Source of the DNA: Octopus sinensis
Lineage: Eukaryota
NCBI RefSeq assembly: GCF_006345805.1
Contig: NC_043002.1
Span: forward strand, 12,524,001-12,588,000
DNA: 64,000 bases
Direction of reading: 5' to 3'
Both the position numbers and the translations under genes were made by a program. The notes under the pieces were generated by a model. The model had not been told where the DNA came from. It ran no database searches and saw nothing but the letters and a program-made list of their open reading frames with translations. Each line of letters opens with the position of its first letter. The stretch's first letter is position 1. This document shows positions 52,428-64,000 of the stretch, in pieces.

Positions 52428-52465
<38 letters not shown>

Positions 52466-52480
52466 ATATGCGTGGGGGGG

Positions 52481-52762
52481 GGGCGCAATGGCCCAGTGGT
52501 TAGAGCAGCGGAGTCGCGGTCGGAGGATCGTGGTTTCGATTCCCAGACCGGGCGTTGTGTGTGTTTATTGAACGAAAACACCTAAAAGCTCCACGAAGCT
52601 CCGGCAGGGGGGGTGACCCCTGTTGTACTCTTTCACTACAACTTTTACTCACTCTCTCTTCCTGTTTCTTGAGTAACGCTGCAATAGACTGGTATCCCGT
52701 CCAGCTGAGGGGAACACATGCGCCATAGATACCGGGAAACCGGGCCCATGAGCCTGGCTAGG
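52481..52762 (+). mobile_element. SINE family D (V-domain-like), near full length
   Basis: A box TGGCCCAGTGG, B box GTTTCGATTCCC, GACTGG.ATCCCGTCCAG domain. Confidence 0.85.
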
Positions 52763-53584
52763 GCGCGCGCGCACACACACACACATACACATATACACAT
52801 ATATATGTGTGTGTGTAATATTAAGAGGAAGTTTCGCTAATTTGCTTCTTGTGTTTCATCTTTATGAACGTAAATTCATCCTCATATTAAGTAGCAACAA
52901 TGAAATGGTGCGACATATTTCGAAATATACGCGTAATTTGACTGGTTGTAGGAAACAAATGGAGGTAAACATGATACGAAAAACCGTTGAAAAGCAGAAA
53001 AGCAAAATGCGTAAAGAAGAACAGGGAAGACGAAAGAGAAACTGACAAAAACAGAATAAGCGCGAAAAGCATGATGGAACATGTACATGAGTTGTGTGCA
53101 AAGTAATGCCATAGACGGCATTACCATTTTATAAACTGTTGTTGAACTTGCACCCGTTAGTGGAGTAATTCTTCATCTATGTGGATGCTACTGAAAACAG
53201 TCACCATCATATTTGTACCAACACTGAACTCGTCTTTGGAAACCTCTTTGAAAAAAATCAGATTTGGCTTATTTTCATCTTTTACGGCCCTGTTTGCTTC
53301 GTCCATGTCATAAAATAATTTTATCCCAAAATTATTTTACAGGGCCGATTTGGTGGGAAGTCATGGGGCGTAAAACCTAGGCTTCATGGTTGATGGGGAA
53401 CAAATAACTGATCTAATTTCCCGATTACCAAAGTTGTGGCCGTGGATGTGAGGAATTGCGTATTGACACGGTGAGTGTATATTTTTCTTTACGTCTTTCA
53501 GTTATTTGACAGCGGCCATGCTGGAGCGCCATCTTTATTCGAAAAATTCGACCCCAGGACTTATTCTACCAAGCTTGTGGGTTT

Positions 53585-53904
53585 AAGATCCCTGTGACTG
53601 TGTCGAAAATAATGAAAACTTTATGAACAATTTGCGTAGGCCTCTGAGCAGGTATCGCCAAGCTTTTGGCAAAATTTGATGCAGATTTTCTGCTTAACTT
53701 CCTCTCTCACGGACAATGCGACGATCACACGTTACACACGTTCCTTCCAAGCACTGGTGTAAATAGCGGAAGTGAGCTGGTACGTTAAAAATTAATGCGC
53801 ATGCACAGCAAGGTTCAAGATCAATCTGTGCCAATTGGCTTTACTCTGAGTCTTTTAGCTTCGTTACTTTGTCAACAATCCCGATACATATTGATCAGAC
53901 CACA
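53585..53904 (+). mobile_element. Right half of a second two-left-end mariner derivative
   Basis: Same transposase/inverted-left-end junction as 40810 (here at 53630/53631); ends GATCAGACCACA|TA. A SINE A fragment lies at ~53486-53570. Confidence 0.75.
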
Positions 53905-54363
53905 TACGGATATCCCTATGCTTGCGTATGTTTTACTCAACGACTTAAGATAAAACCTGTCCTGTCCAATAAAAATAAATAACTTATCCTTTTACCTTCT
54001 ATCGGGCATAGGTGTCTTACTATATCATTCCAAGCTAATATAATAACTACGGCCGTTACTTTTCATAGCATTGCTATAACGGTCGATAGTAATTTCACCC
54101 TCATAGCCTATTAGAACTCATTCGATTAAGAACACCCCAGATTATCAGACACTCTTTCTGAATTGAGATAAAGCTGAGTAATACTAATATCAGTAAGTAA
54201 AGTCCCCTACGGTATTCCACAGATATGATTTAACCAGCCGTACTCACTCGCGGTGGATCAAATGATGATTTGACGTTGGTACGTTTTGAACGCGGAGAGT
54301 AATGCGTTGAAGATATTTCGCTCTTCACAATAAGGATTCTGCTAATATTTTGCTGTTATAGTT

Positions 54364-54559
54364 ACAAGGCCTGGAATTTCGTGGAGAGGAATAATCGATT
54401 GCATCGACCGCAGTTCTCGACTGCTATGTAATTTAACGACGCCGAAAGAATAAAAGGTAAAGTCAACCTCCGCGGAATTTGAACTCAGAACGAAGCGACG
54501 GGCGAAATGATGCTAAGCTTTTCGTCCAGGGTGCTAACGATTATGCCAGATCGCCGCCT
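54364..54559 (-). mobile_element. SINE family C, diverged
   Basis: GGAATTTGAACTCAGAACG and head match. Confidence 0.75.
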
Positions 54560-55025
54560 TTGGATTCTGCTGATCTGCCACTGTTTACTTCATTGGTTAA
54601 TGATAGATTAATAAGTACAAGGGAGGAGGAAATGTCGAATTTACCTGGCTAGGATTTGAGCTCTGAACGCAACGTCTCGAAAGGAATCTCAACCAGATAT
54701 ATTGTCCATCATTAAAATGATTCGGCTTCTCCACCGCTTTTTCCTTTACAGGCCACAGTCCAATAAATCTAGCCAATGAATGCGCCTGTGAATATATATA
54801 CATATATATATATATACATACTATATATATATTTATATATTATATATATATATATAATATATATTATATATATATATGCACACACACATATGTACATATA
54901 TATATATGCGCCTCAATGTGTGTCTACAGACACACGTATATATTTACATATATACACATACATACGAAATATAAAAATATTTATACATATGTATATGCAT
55001 GTATATATGTATATATATGTGTGTG

Positions 55026-55068
<43 letters not shown>

Positions 55069-55109
55069 TGATTTTCGGTTGGCACAACATTTTTACGGCT
55101 TCCTTTCAG

Positions 55110-55180
55110 TGGCCGCATCAGAAAATTGTATTCATTGATGAAGAGAAAAATAAGCAAAGCAGAAAGACAAGAGAAGCCAG
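55110..55180 (+). CDS. Candidate 71-nt internal exon, unknown protein
   Basis: CTTCCTTTCAG acceptor, CAG|GTGAGG donor; two open frames (WPHQKIVFIDEEKNKQSRKTREA or GRIRKLYSLMKRKISKAERQEKP). No recognised homology. Confidence 0.25.
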
Positions 55181-55599
55181 GTGAGGGTGGAGTAAGATGA
55201 ACTGAGATGTACGCGAAAGGTTTTTATATTAATTTACGAAACCTCACAAGTGACGAAATGTTATTTTAAAAAACGTAACGTTTAAAAAACGAGATCAATG
55301 TAAATGAAAAAGAAAGGAGAATACCTTTACCAACATGAGGATAATATGTGCGGCAGGTTAAGCCTTTAGAAGTGTTTAATTATAGATGAAACATTTGCTC
55401 TATCGACAATTAATTATGCTGATGTTACGACTGTTGGTCCTGTTACGTATTTAGACATGACATTAGTTTTATGGGTTACGTCCCTTTAATTCAGCACCGC
55501 TCAGTTTTATTTTTATTTTATCGTTCATATTTATTTTTATTTTTTTCCCCCGCCATTTTTGCTTTTCTCTGATTTGTCGCCGTTGTCCTTGTCTCAGTT

Positions 55600-55641
55600 A
55601 ACATATTTGTCATCATCAGCATCGTTATTGTCGTCGTTGTG

Positions 55642-55685
<44 letters not shown>

Positions 55686-55791
55686 TATCATCATCATCAT
55701 CATCGTCATTGTCGTCGTCGTCGCCAATTCATCATCATCATCATCGACGTCATCATCGTCGTCGTCGTCGCCATCTTCATCATCACCATCG

Positions 55792-55825
<34 letters not shown>

Positions 55826-55922
55826 TATCATAATCGTCGTCGTTGGCGGCGGCGATGTCACCATCTTCATAAACATCAAAATCGTCGTCATCATCATTAT
55901 CATCATCGTCGTTGTCGCCATC

Positions 55923-55955
<33 letters not shown>

Positions 55956-55998
55956 GTCGTTGTCGTCGTCATCGTCGTCGTCGTCGTCATCTTCATAA
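55600..55998. repeat. (CAT)/(CGT) low-complexity tract
   Basis: Direct inspection. Confidence 0.9.
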
Positions 55999-56343
55999 TT
56001 GGCTTTATGTTTTACTTCTCGCTCTCGGATACCCGCGTATAAAATCTCTTACGGGTACATATTTTTATGGATATCGTTTTCTATGTTTTACTTTCTGAGG
56101 AATTATGTAGATATTAATAACGTAACACACGCACGCACACACACAGACACACACACAAGCATGTAAATATATATGTATATATATATGTGTGTGCATGTGT
56201 GTGTGAAAGAAGAGCGTGGTTTGTGGTGTTTGGCGATTGGTTGGTTGTTTAGTTGGGATTCCAACCCGCCCACTCCTCAGGTAAAAGCAAATATGAAAAA
56301 AAAACGGTATTTAAACATATGCAGCTCTTCTTCTTTTCCTTCT

Positions 56344-56397
<54 letters not shown>

Positions 56398-56716
56398 TTC
56401 CTTTCTTTTTTTCTATTTTCTCCTTTATTCTCTTCAGTCCCTCTATTAGCACAAAGACTAAAAACGTAGGCTTATATTGAACAGCAAAAAAAAAAAAAAG
56501 AAACGGAAAAAATACTAGCGTGTGTGTGTACACACACACATATATATATATATATACGTACAAGCGTATATGTATATGCATAGAAACTCACAGCACACAC
56601 ATATGTACATATATATATATATATACCCGTATATATGTGTCTCTCTGTGTTATATATATATAAGTATGTATGTATGTACATATGTATGCATGTATATATA
56701 TATATGTATATATATA

Positions 56717-56834
56717 TATATACGTATATATATACGTATATATATACGTATATATATACGTATATATATACGTATATATATACGTATATATATACGTATA
56801 TATATACGTATATATATACGTATATATATACGTA
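56717..56834. repeat. 12-bp minisatellite (TATATACGTATA) x10
   Basis: CG dinucleotides every 12 bp from 56723 to 56831. Confidence 0.95.
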
Positions 56835-57850
56835 ACGCATAACCCAGCTAATTCTGTTTTTTAAGTGTAATGTGATCACAACTCTGAAAACGGTTGTTTG
56901 TTCCTTTCATCTGACGACTTTTGCTAAATAAGTTTAAAATTCTCCAGCAGATTAATAGCTTATAGCACTGTATAGAGTCCTTTAGATGATGTTGAAAACC
57001 ACTTAACAACTAACTCATCAGAAAATGTTTTTATTTGCCAATACAGAGCTGTTGTATTTAAGCTGACTACCAGCACTTCTAAATTTGCTGAATAGCTTCG
57101 GCATTTGTTTGCATGGTTTTTTTTGAAAAAATTTTTCATTTTGGTTTTTCATTTCGTGTTTCTCTTTTCGTTTTTTTATTGTTATTGCTCTTCGTATATT
57201 TCTTAATTTTTGTTTATATTTTTTAATGTCTACCCTTAATAATCCGTACGCAATTTTTTATTTTATTTTATTTGTTTTTCTTCTGTATTCGTTTTGATTC
57301 TATTAGCTAGCTTAAGTGTAAAATCGAATGGGTTTTATTTCGTATTTTCCGTCATTTTAATACCCGAGCTGCTGTCCTAGTGTCATTTCCTCCAATGTTT
57401 CCTCACATTAATATCGATAAAAATATAATAAATTAGATATTAAAAAATACATAAAATCCTAAATTCCGATATTGTTTTTGCTCTGATTTTTTTCTGTTAT
57501 TTTTCTTCATTTTTTCTTTGTCTTTTTAGTGACAATCACGTTCAACGCTGTAGCTTTTATTTGTAAGACACAGAAAGTTATTTCTTCGCTATATTGATGT
57601 CATTTCTATCATAAACGCATTTATTACTTCATATACAACGATAGCGACTACCCTGTTCAACAGTGTGCTTATACAACACCAGTCTATCATTATATAAACA
57701 CAATGTGAATTTTATATCATATTCAATCATTGTTATCACTATGTACAAAGAAACCACAACACGTGATCGAAATTATTTCAAAGATGCGTGAATGTATGCA
57801 ATCCATACACAAACTATAACTAACTATACACAAGACATATATAATATATA

Positions 57851-57908
<58 letters not shown>

Positions 57909-57929
57909 TATATATATATTATGTATGCA

Positions 57930-58623
57930 CAGTGTGCGATGGGTAAATTGTCACCATATTAATTTTTTAAATTTCGCTTATGTGCATTGTTAGTTTTTAA
58001 CTTTGTCAGCAAGACAATATAGTAAGGGCAGTCGAGCAAGGTCTGTGAGAAAAAACAGCACCATGACACATTTCACTCTGTCAGAAATTTGGAAACGATA
58101 TACTGTAGTGCTTGGCATTCGCGCTGGATGCTCCAATACAAACATTTCAGAGTGTTTGGATGTCAATCTGAGGAGAGTATAATCTGAGGACATGTACCGA
58201 GTGTGATAAAAATCAAACCTCCAGTAAGCATCATGGTGTTTGGAGACATTATACTTCCATTCATCACTATTGATGGAGATGTTATGCCTCCATTCATCAC
58301 TATTGTGGAGACGTTATGCCTCCATTCATCACTATTGATGGAGACGTTATGCCTCCATTCATCTTCCCATACGGCCTCAGGCTCAACACGGATGCTTACA
58401 TCAAGTGCTTGGGGCAGGTAGTACTGCTCTGGGTTAAGAGAGTGGCTGTTGGAAGAGCTTATGGCTGACAACAGGACTCTGCACCATGCCACACAAACAG
58501 GAGAACCCAGTCATTGCTGTCGGACGATTTTTGTGACTACATCACCCCTAACATCTGGCCACCTAACTCCCCAGACTGCAACCCCCTTGATTATTATGTG
58601 TGGGGTGCAGTTGAGCAAGTGAC
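57930..58623 (+). mobile_element. maT (DD37D) transposon, internally deleted and 3' truncated
   Basis: QQDSAPCH...WPPNSPDCNPLDYYVWGAVE with 37 residues between the two Asp; CAGTGTGCG left end; 33-bp tandem at 58241-58363. Confidence 0.85.
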
Positions 58624-59189
58624 TCTGTGTGTGTGTATGTGTGTATACGTATGTGTGTGTGCGTGTGTGTGTGTGTGTACTTATGTTTGTATGTGTGTGT
58701 GTGTGTACTTATGTTTGTATGTGTGTGTGTGTGTAAGTATCTATTCATACCACTTTCAATCAATATAATATTATTGAGGCTGCTGACGTAAATATGTTTT
58801 CCATTATAAGGGGAATATTAACAATGAGTCCCCTACGGCCGTTTCAGTGTCTGCAAACAATTGATTTGTAGGTGTACGTGGGTGTTTCGTGCAATTCTTT
58901 CCGAGATTTTGCAAACACCTTAGCTTTGAGAATAAGATGGATGCCTGTGTTATATGCGTGTGTATGTAATTATTCAGTTTTATTCACGTTCTATTTCTTG
59001 CCAATAGAGAAAGAACCAGTTTCTAACCTAGATCCAAGCCTCCTTCATTGGAATTTCAACATCAACACTGTATTTTTTTTACATCTGCATGTATGTATGT
59101 ATACGTGCAGATTCGTATGTTTTATTTCATGTATGTGTTCTCATGCATATAATTGCATGTCTAGACATGCTCATATATACTTACATGAT

Positions 59190-59965
59190 AAACTTCTGGA
59201 AGTTTTACAGGTTTTTACGGTTTCAGTGAGGGCTTTGAAATGTAGTCTGCGAATCAGCTCTCTCCTTTCTGGTTGTGAGAAGCTTAATTTCTCAAGATTC
59301 GTATCTAGGCAGTGTGTTACATATCCCAGAACTCCAATAATTACAGGTATAAACCTGATAGGTATTTAAGCAGTATGTTACGTATCCCAGGACTCCTCTA
59401 ATTACAGGTTACAAACCTGAATTTGTAATCTGAATAGAATAACTGCAGATTTCTAAGTAGTTCAGTGTAGATTTTCTCTTTTACACTGATCTTCAGCTTT
59501 ATGGTAACATCCGCTGGTCAGCTGATTTCTACAACACTACACAGTTTCTCTTCTCTATCCCAAATCATTATATCAGGTCTGTTATATCAGGTACTTACAT
59601 TTTATTGGGGACTCCACTGTTACATTCTACCAGTATTCCTTTTTATTATGAGTGACTACGGCTTCCATCATACTGTGGGTTCTTATTTCTTTGTTCTCGG
59701 GGTTATCCTTTCGACGGATCTCGTTATAGAATGTCCTAGCTACACGTCATATATGGGGGAGACATTTTCAGACAAATGCTTATGATGTGAGTGCTATCTT
59801 CGGTGTTAAATCAACAAAGTTTGCGTCGGCTGTCACAGTTTAGGGATTTTCCTGCATCTCTGTCCCATTTCTGCATGAAGTATTTCGTTCATATTTCCTG
59901 TTCCTGGATTGCAAACGCATACTCTTCAAAGTGGGAGGTAGTAATCCGGTTGCTGATCTATGATG
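59190..59965 (-). pseudogene. R4/Dong-like LINE 3' fragment (zinc knuckle and restriction-like endonuclease)
   Basis: Minus translation CDSRRKLC*FNTEDSTHIISIC (CCHC relic) and NRPDIMIWDREEKLCSVVEIS*PADV..K..KEKIY (RLE motif). Confidence 0.75.
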
Positions 59966-60311
59966 GACTGCTCTGATGATCAATATTACTATCATCTCGG
60001 ATAGAATTGATAGTATGTATGCATATATGTATGTATGTATGAATTATGTACTATGTACGTACATATGTAAAAAGTATTTAGATGTGTATATATATATATA
60101 AATATATGCGTATGTATATGTATATACATATAAATATACATACACACACACACACATACACACACACAGACACACACACACACTCACACAAATACATACA
60201 TTTGAACATTTTTCGTGCCATCAACACTTGAAACACACCAGCAGATAATTCTTACACCATTTCGCATCTAGTCATAGAGAGTGATGCTTCCATCGGCCCG
60301 TCTTCGAGTAC

Positions 60312-60357
60312 ATGGTGTTGACAAGTCTCATAAAGACGAAACATCGATGTCTATCGC
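60312..60357 (+). ncRNA. Type I hammerhead ribozyme, U3-A8 core variant
   Basis: TGGTG-TTGACAA-GTCT CATAA AGAC-GAAA-CATCGATG-TC-TATCG; GUC triplet; stem I has three G.U pairs. Confidence 0.7.
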
Positions 60358-60790
60358 TTCTGAATGGAACCTGATGCGAGTTATCTTTCTTGTCTATGAC
60401 TTCCAGGTGTTTTAACACCAAGCGCATTGATGAAAATATATTCTCTTACGTCTATAAGTGCAGCGTACCAACGAACTAGCAAAACGCTTACCTTGTGTAT
60501 GTGTATTCGATATGTATAAGAACACAAAGGGGTCAAAAATTCTAAACACCATCTGAGATGATTTTACACCTACGCCGTACATAGCACCAGCCCTGAGTCT
60601 TATCAACACTTTAGGTTACATTTGGTACTTACATATCTGTAGTATCCTACCAACACACCATACCTTCACGGTCGTTTTACCTCGCTGTGAGCCAAATGTT
60701 ATTATACCTAGCCATTTCTGGTATTCTACGTGTTGGTGTGCCTAGATTCTAGTGAATCCTAGTATATATATATATAGATATATATTCCTA

Positions 60791-60825
<35 letters not shown>

Positions 60826-61247
60826 CGCAGGAGTGGCTGTGTGGTAAGTAGCTTGCTAACCAACCACATGGTTCCGGGTTCAGTCACACTGCGTGGCATC
60901 TTGGGCAAAGTGTCTTCTGCTATAGCCCGGGCCGACCAGTGCCTTGTGAGTGGATTTGGTAGACGGAAGCTGAAAGAAGCCTGTCGTATATATGTATATA
61001 TATATATGTATGTGTGTGTGTTTGTGTGTCTGTGTTTGTCTCCCTAGCATTGCTTGACAACCGATGTTGGTGTATTTACGTCCCCGTCACTTAGCGGTTC
61101 GGCAAAAAGTGACCGATAGAATAAGTACTTGGCTTACAAAGAATAAGTCCCGGGGTCGATTTGCTCGACTGAAGGCGGTGCTCCAGCATGGCCACAGTCA
61201 AATGACTGGAACAAGTAAAAGAGTAAAAGATATATATATATGTATAT

Positions 61248-61282
<35 letters not shown>

Positions 61283-61316
61283 GTGTGTGTGTGTGTGTGT
61301 GTATACCTATATATAG

Positions 61317-61490
61317 TGTCAAAGATCCCAGCTTCGCCATCAAATTACAGGACCAGATGCTGCAACAGTTTGGAGTTCAAGGGCGCACAGCTCTTCGATA
61401 TCCTTCCAAAATGCCTGAGACACCTCCCTAAGAGTCATTAAAACAAAACTTGATCTCTTATTGTCAAGGGTTCCAGACGAGCGTAGTTCT
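61317..61490 (+). pseudogene. CR1-like LINE 3' fragment (copy at ~63047-63212)
   Basis: KIPASPSNYRTRCCNSLEFKGAQLFDILPKCLRHL..LDLLLSRVPDE. Confidence 0.65.
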
Positions 61491-61499
61491 GTTCTCCCC

Positions 61500-62200
61500 C
61501 ACTATCTACAAATACATGAAATTGGGCAGCGAAAAAGAATCTGTCGAGCGAATCAGGCCTGAATGTACTGGAAGCTTCTGTTTAGAAATAAATAGACCCA
61601 TGACAGAGAGCAGCGGTCGTTGGCAATAGAGATTTAACTGGAAATGTTCTGAATAAGTGCTACCAAATGAAGGGCAGCTCATCTGAGCGTCCAAGAAGAG
61701 ATCTGAAATATCTTTAAATCATTTTCTTTTTAAGAGGAAACTGTGCTCGTCAGGGCATTCCACATACCGGTGAAATAGACTGATGTTACTTCTTGTCAGA
61801 AATTTGATGAGCCGACCTCACCGTCGAACAGTTCTACTACTTGCGAAGTTAGGCGTTATAGTATACACATTGCTGCATTCTGTGAGTCGAACTCCCTTCT
61901 ACATGGATTTTTTGAAGAGTTTCGTCGAGGATGTTTTGGATTCTCAGAAATATTCGTTATTTTCCACCTTCAAATTAATCTCTTGTAATGTTTATGGGGT
62001 TATGGGATTCGGGGTAACAAATTTGGGTGGAAACTCAAGAAGGAGGTTCTCGAGATATCATTCTGTGTCTGCAGAGAGACGATTGCACGGATCATCTCGG
62101 CGTTAGTTTAAACAGCTCTTTGAAAGCTTGAATTTTTCAATGAGGACAAATCTGCAGTTCCCAGACCTGTTAGTATTTGAGCTTTCTTTGTTTAACCTTT
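61500..62200 (+). pseudogene. RTE LINE 5' fragment (copy at ~63235-63930)
   Basis: RPHRRTVLL.CEVRRYSIHI resembles the RPERRTALIARELARYNIDI start of the RTE AP endonuclease. Confidence 0.55.
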
Positions 62201-62477
62201 TCTCACTCTATGATTATATAAATTATAATATATAATTTATATAATATTCTCTATCTTTACTCTTTACTCTTTTACTTGTTTCAGTCATTTGACTGTGGCC
62301 ATGCTGGAGCACCGCCTTTAATCGAGCAACTCGACCCCGGGACTTATTCTTTGTAAGCCCAGTACTTATTCTATCGGACTCTTTTGCCGAACCGCTAAGT
62401 GACGGGGACGTAAACATACCAGCATCGGTTGTCAAGCGATGTTGGTGGGGACAAACACAGACACACAAACATACACA

Positions 62478-62549
<72 letters not shown>

Positions 62550-62565
62550 ATATATATATATATAT

Positions 62566-64000
62566 GGCGCAGGAGTGGCTGTGTGGTAAGTAGCTTGCTA
62601 ACCAACCACATGGTTCGGGTTCAGTCACACTGCGTGGCATCTTGGGCAAAGTGTCTTCTGCTATAGCCCGGCCGACCAGTGCCTTGTGAGTGGATTTGGT
62701 AGACGGAAGCTGAAAGAAGCCTGTCGTATATATGTATATATATATATGTATGTGTGTGTGTTTGTGTGTCTGTGTTTGTCTCCCTAGCATTGCTTGACAA
62801 CCGATGTTGGTGTATTTACGTCCCCGTCACTTAGCGGTTCGGCAAAAAGTGACCGATAGAATAAGTACTTGGCTTACAAAGAATAAGTCCCGGGGTCGAT
62901 TTGCTCGACTGAAGGCGGTGCTCCAGCATGGCCACAGTCAAATGACTGGAACAAGTAAAAGAGTAAAAGATATATATATATGTATATAAGTGTGTGTGGG
63001 GTGTGTGTGGTGGTGTGTGTGTGGTGTGTGTGTATACCTATATATAGTGTCAAAGATCCCAGCTTCGCCATCAATTACAGGACCAGATGCTGCAACAGTT
63101 TGTGTTCAAGGGCGCACAGCTCTTCGATATCCTTCCAAAATGCCTGAGACACCTCCCTAAGAGTCATTAAAACAAACTTGATCTCTTATTGTCAAGGGTT
63201 CCAGACGAGCGTAGTTCTGTTCTCCCCCACTATCTACAAATACATGAAATTGGGCAGCGAAAAAGAATCTGTCGAGCGAATCAGGCCTGAATGTACTGGA
63301 AGCTTCTGTTTAGAAATAAATAGACCCATGACAGAGAGCACGGTCGGTGGCAATAGAGATTTAACTGGAAATGTTCTGAATAAGTGCTACAAAATGAAGG
63401 GCAGCTCATCTGAGCGTCCAAGAAGAGATCTGAAATATCTTTAAATCATTTTCTTTTTAAGAGGAAACTGTGTCGTCAGGGAATTCCACATACCGGTGAA
63501 ATAGACTGATGTTACTTCTTGCAGAAATTTGATGAGCCGACCTCACCGTCGAACAGTTCTACTACCTTGCGAAGTTAGGCGTTATAGTATACACATTGTG
63601 CATTCTGTGAGTCGAACTCCCTTCTACATGGATTTTTTGAAGAGTTTCGTCGAGGATGTTTTGGTCTCAGAAATATTCGTTATTTTCCACCTTCAAATTA
63701 ATCTTTGTAATGTTTATGGGGTTATGGGATTCGGGGTAACAAAAATTGGGTGGAAACTCAAGAAGGAGGTTCTCGAGATATCATTCTGTGTCTGCCAGAG
63801 AGACGATTGCACGGATCATCTCGACGTTAGTTTAAACAGCTCTTGAAAGCTTGAATTTTTTAATGAGGACAACAAATCTGCAGTTCCCAGACCTGTTAGT
63901 ATTTGAGCTTTCTTTGTTTAACCTTTTCTCACTCTATGATTATATAAATTATAATATATAATTATATATAATATTCTCTCTCTTTACTCTTTACTCTTTT
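62566..64000 (+). repeat. Unit 2 of the tandem duplication (truncated by window end)
   Basis: Colinear with unit 1; differences are mostly single-base indels. Confidence 0.92.

Larger units (their letters stand above)
60824..62565 (+). repeat. Unit 1 of a ~1742 bp tandem duplication
   Basis: Repeats from 62566 to the window end. Contains SINE A (60824-61228), a CR1-like tail, an RTE fragment and a minus SINE A tail (62248-62480). Confidence 0.92.

Noticed and set aside
53343-53470. Segment bounded by TTTTACAG and ACG|GTGAGT
   Set aside because: Stops in all three frames; could only be a non-coding exon, and there is no support for that.
60440-60760. Two minus-strand GTAAG donors suggesting exons
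   Set aside because: Poor acceptors, an implied 40-nt intron and unrecognised peptides.

Overview
AT-rich, microsatellite-dense eukaryotic non-coding DNA. The SINE families and simple-repeat load suggest an octopus/coleoid genome (inference). No host gene is confidently identifiable. Nearly all long ORFs in the track are translations of simple repeats or decayed transposon pieces. The window contains: several tRNA-derived SINE families; mariner, maT (DD37D) and Tc1-like DNA transposon relics; two non-autonomous Helitrons; RTE, CR1-like and R4/Dong-like LINE fragments; a 101-N gap; and a terminal ~1.74 kb tandem duplication. The main unexplained signal is about 14 type I hammerhead-ribozyme (HHR) motifs, read by eye, in several short non-coding element families. 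Many of these elements are fold-backs or partial tandems ending at (TA)n tracts, consistent with non-autonomous Penelope-like elements/retrozymes. The HHRs include all of C3-G8, U3-A8 and G3-C8 versions of the catalytic 3-8 pair. All structures were folded manually, and none has been tested computationally or experimentally.
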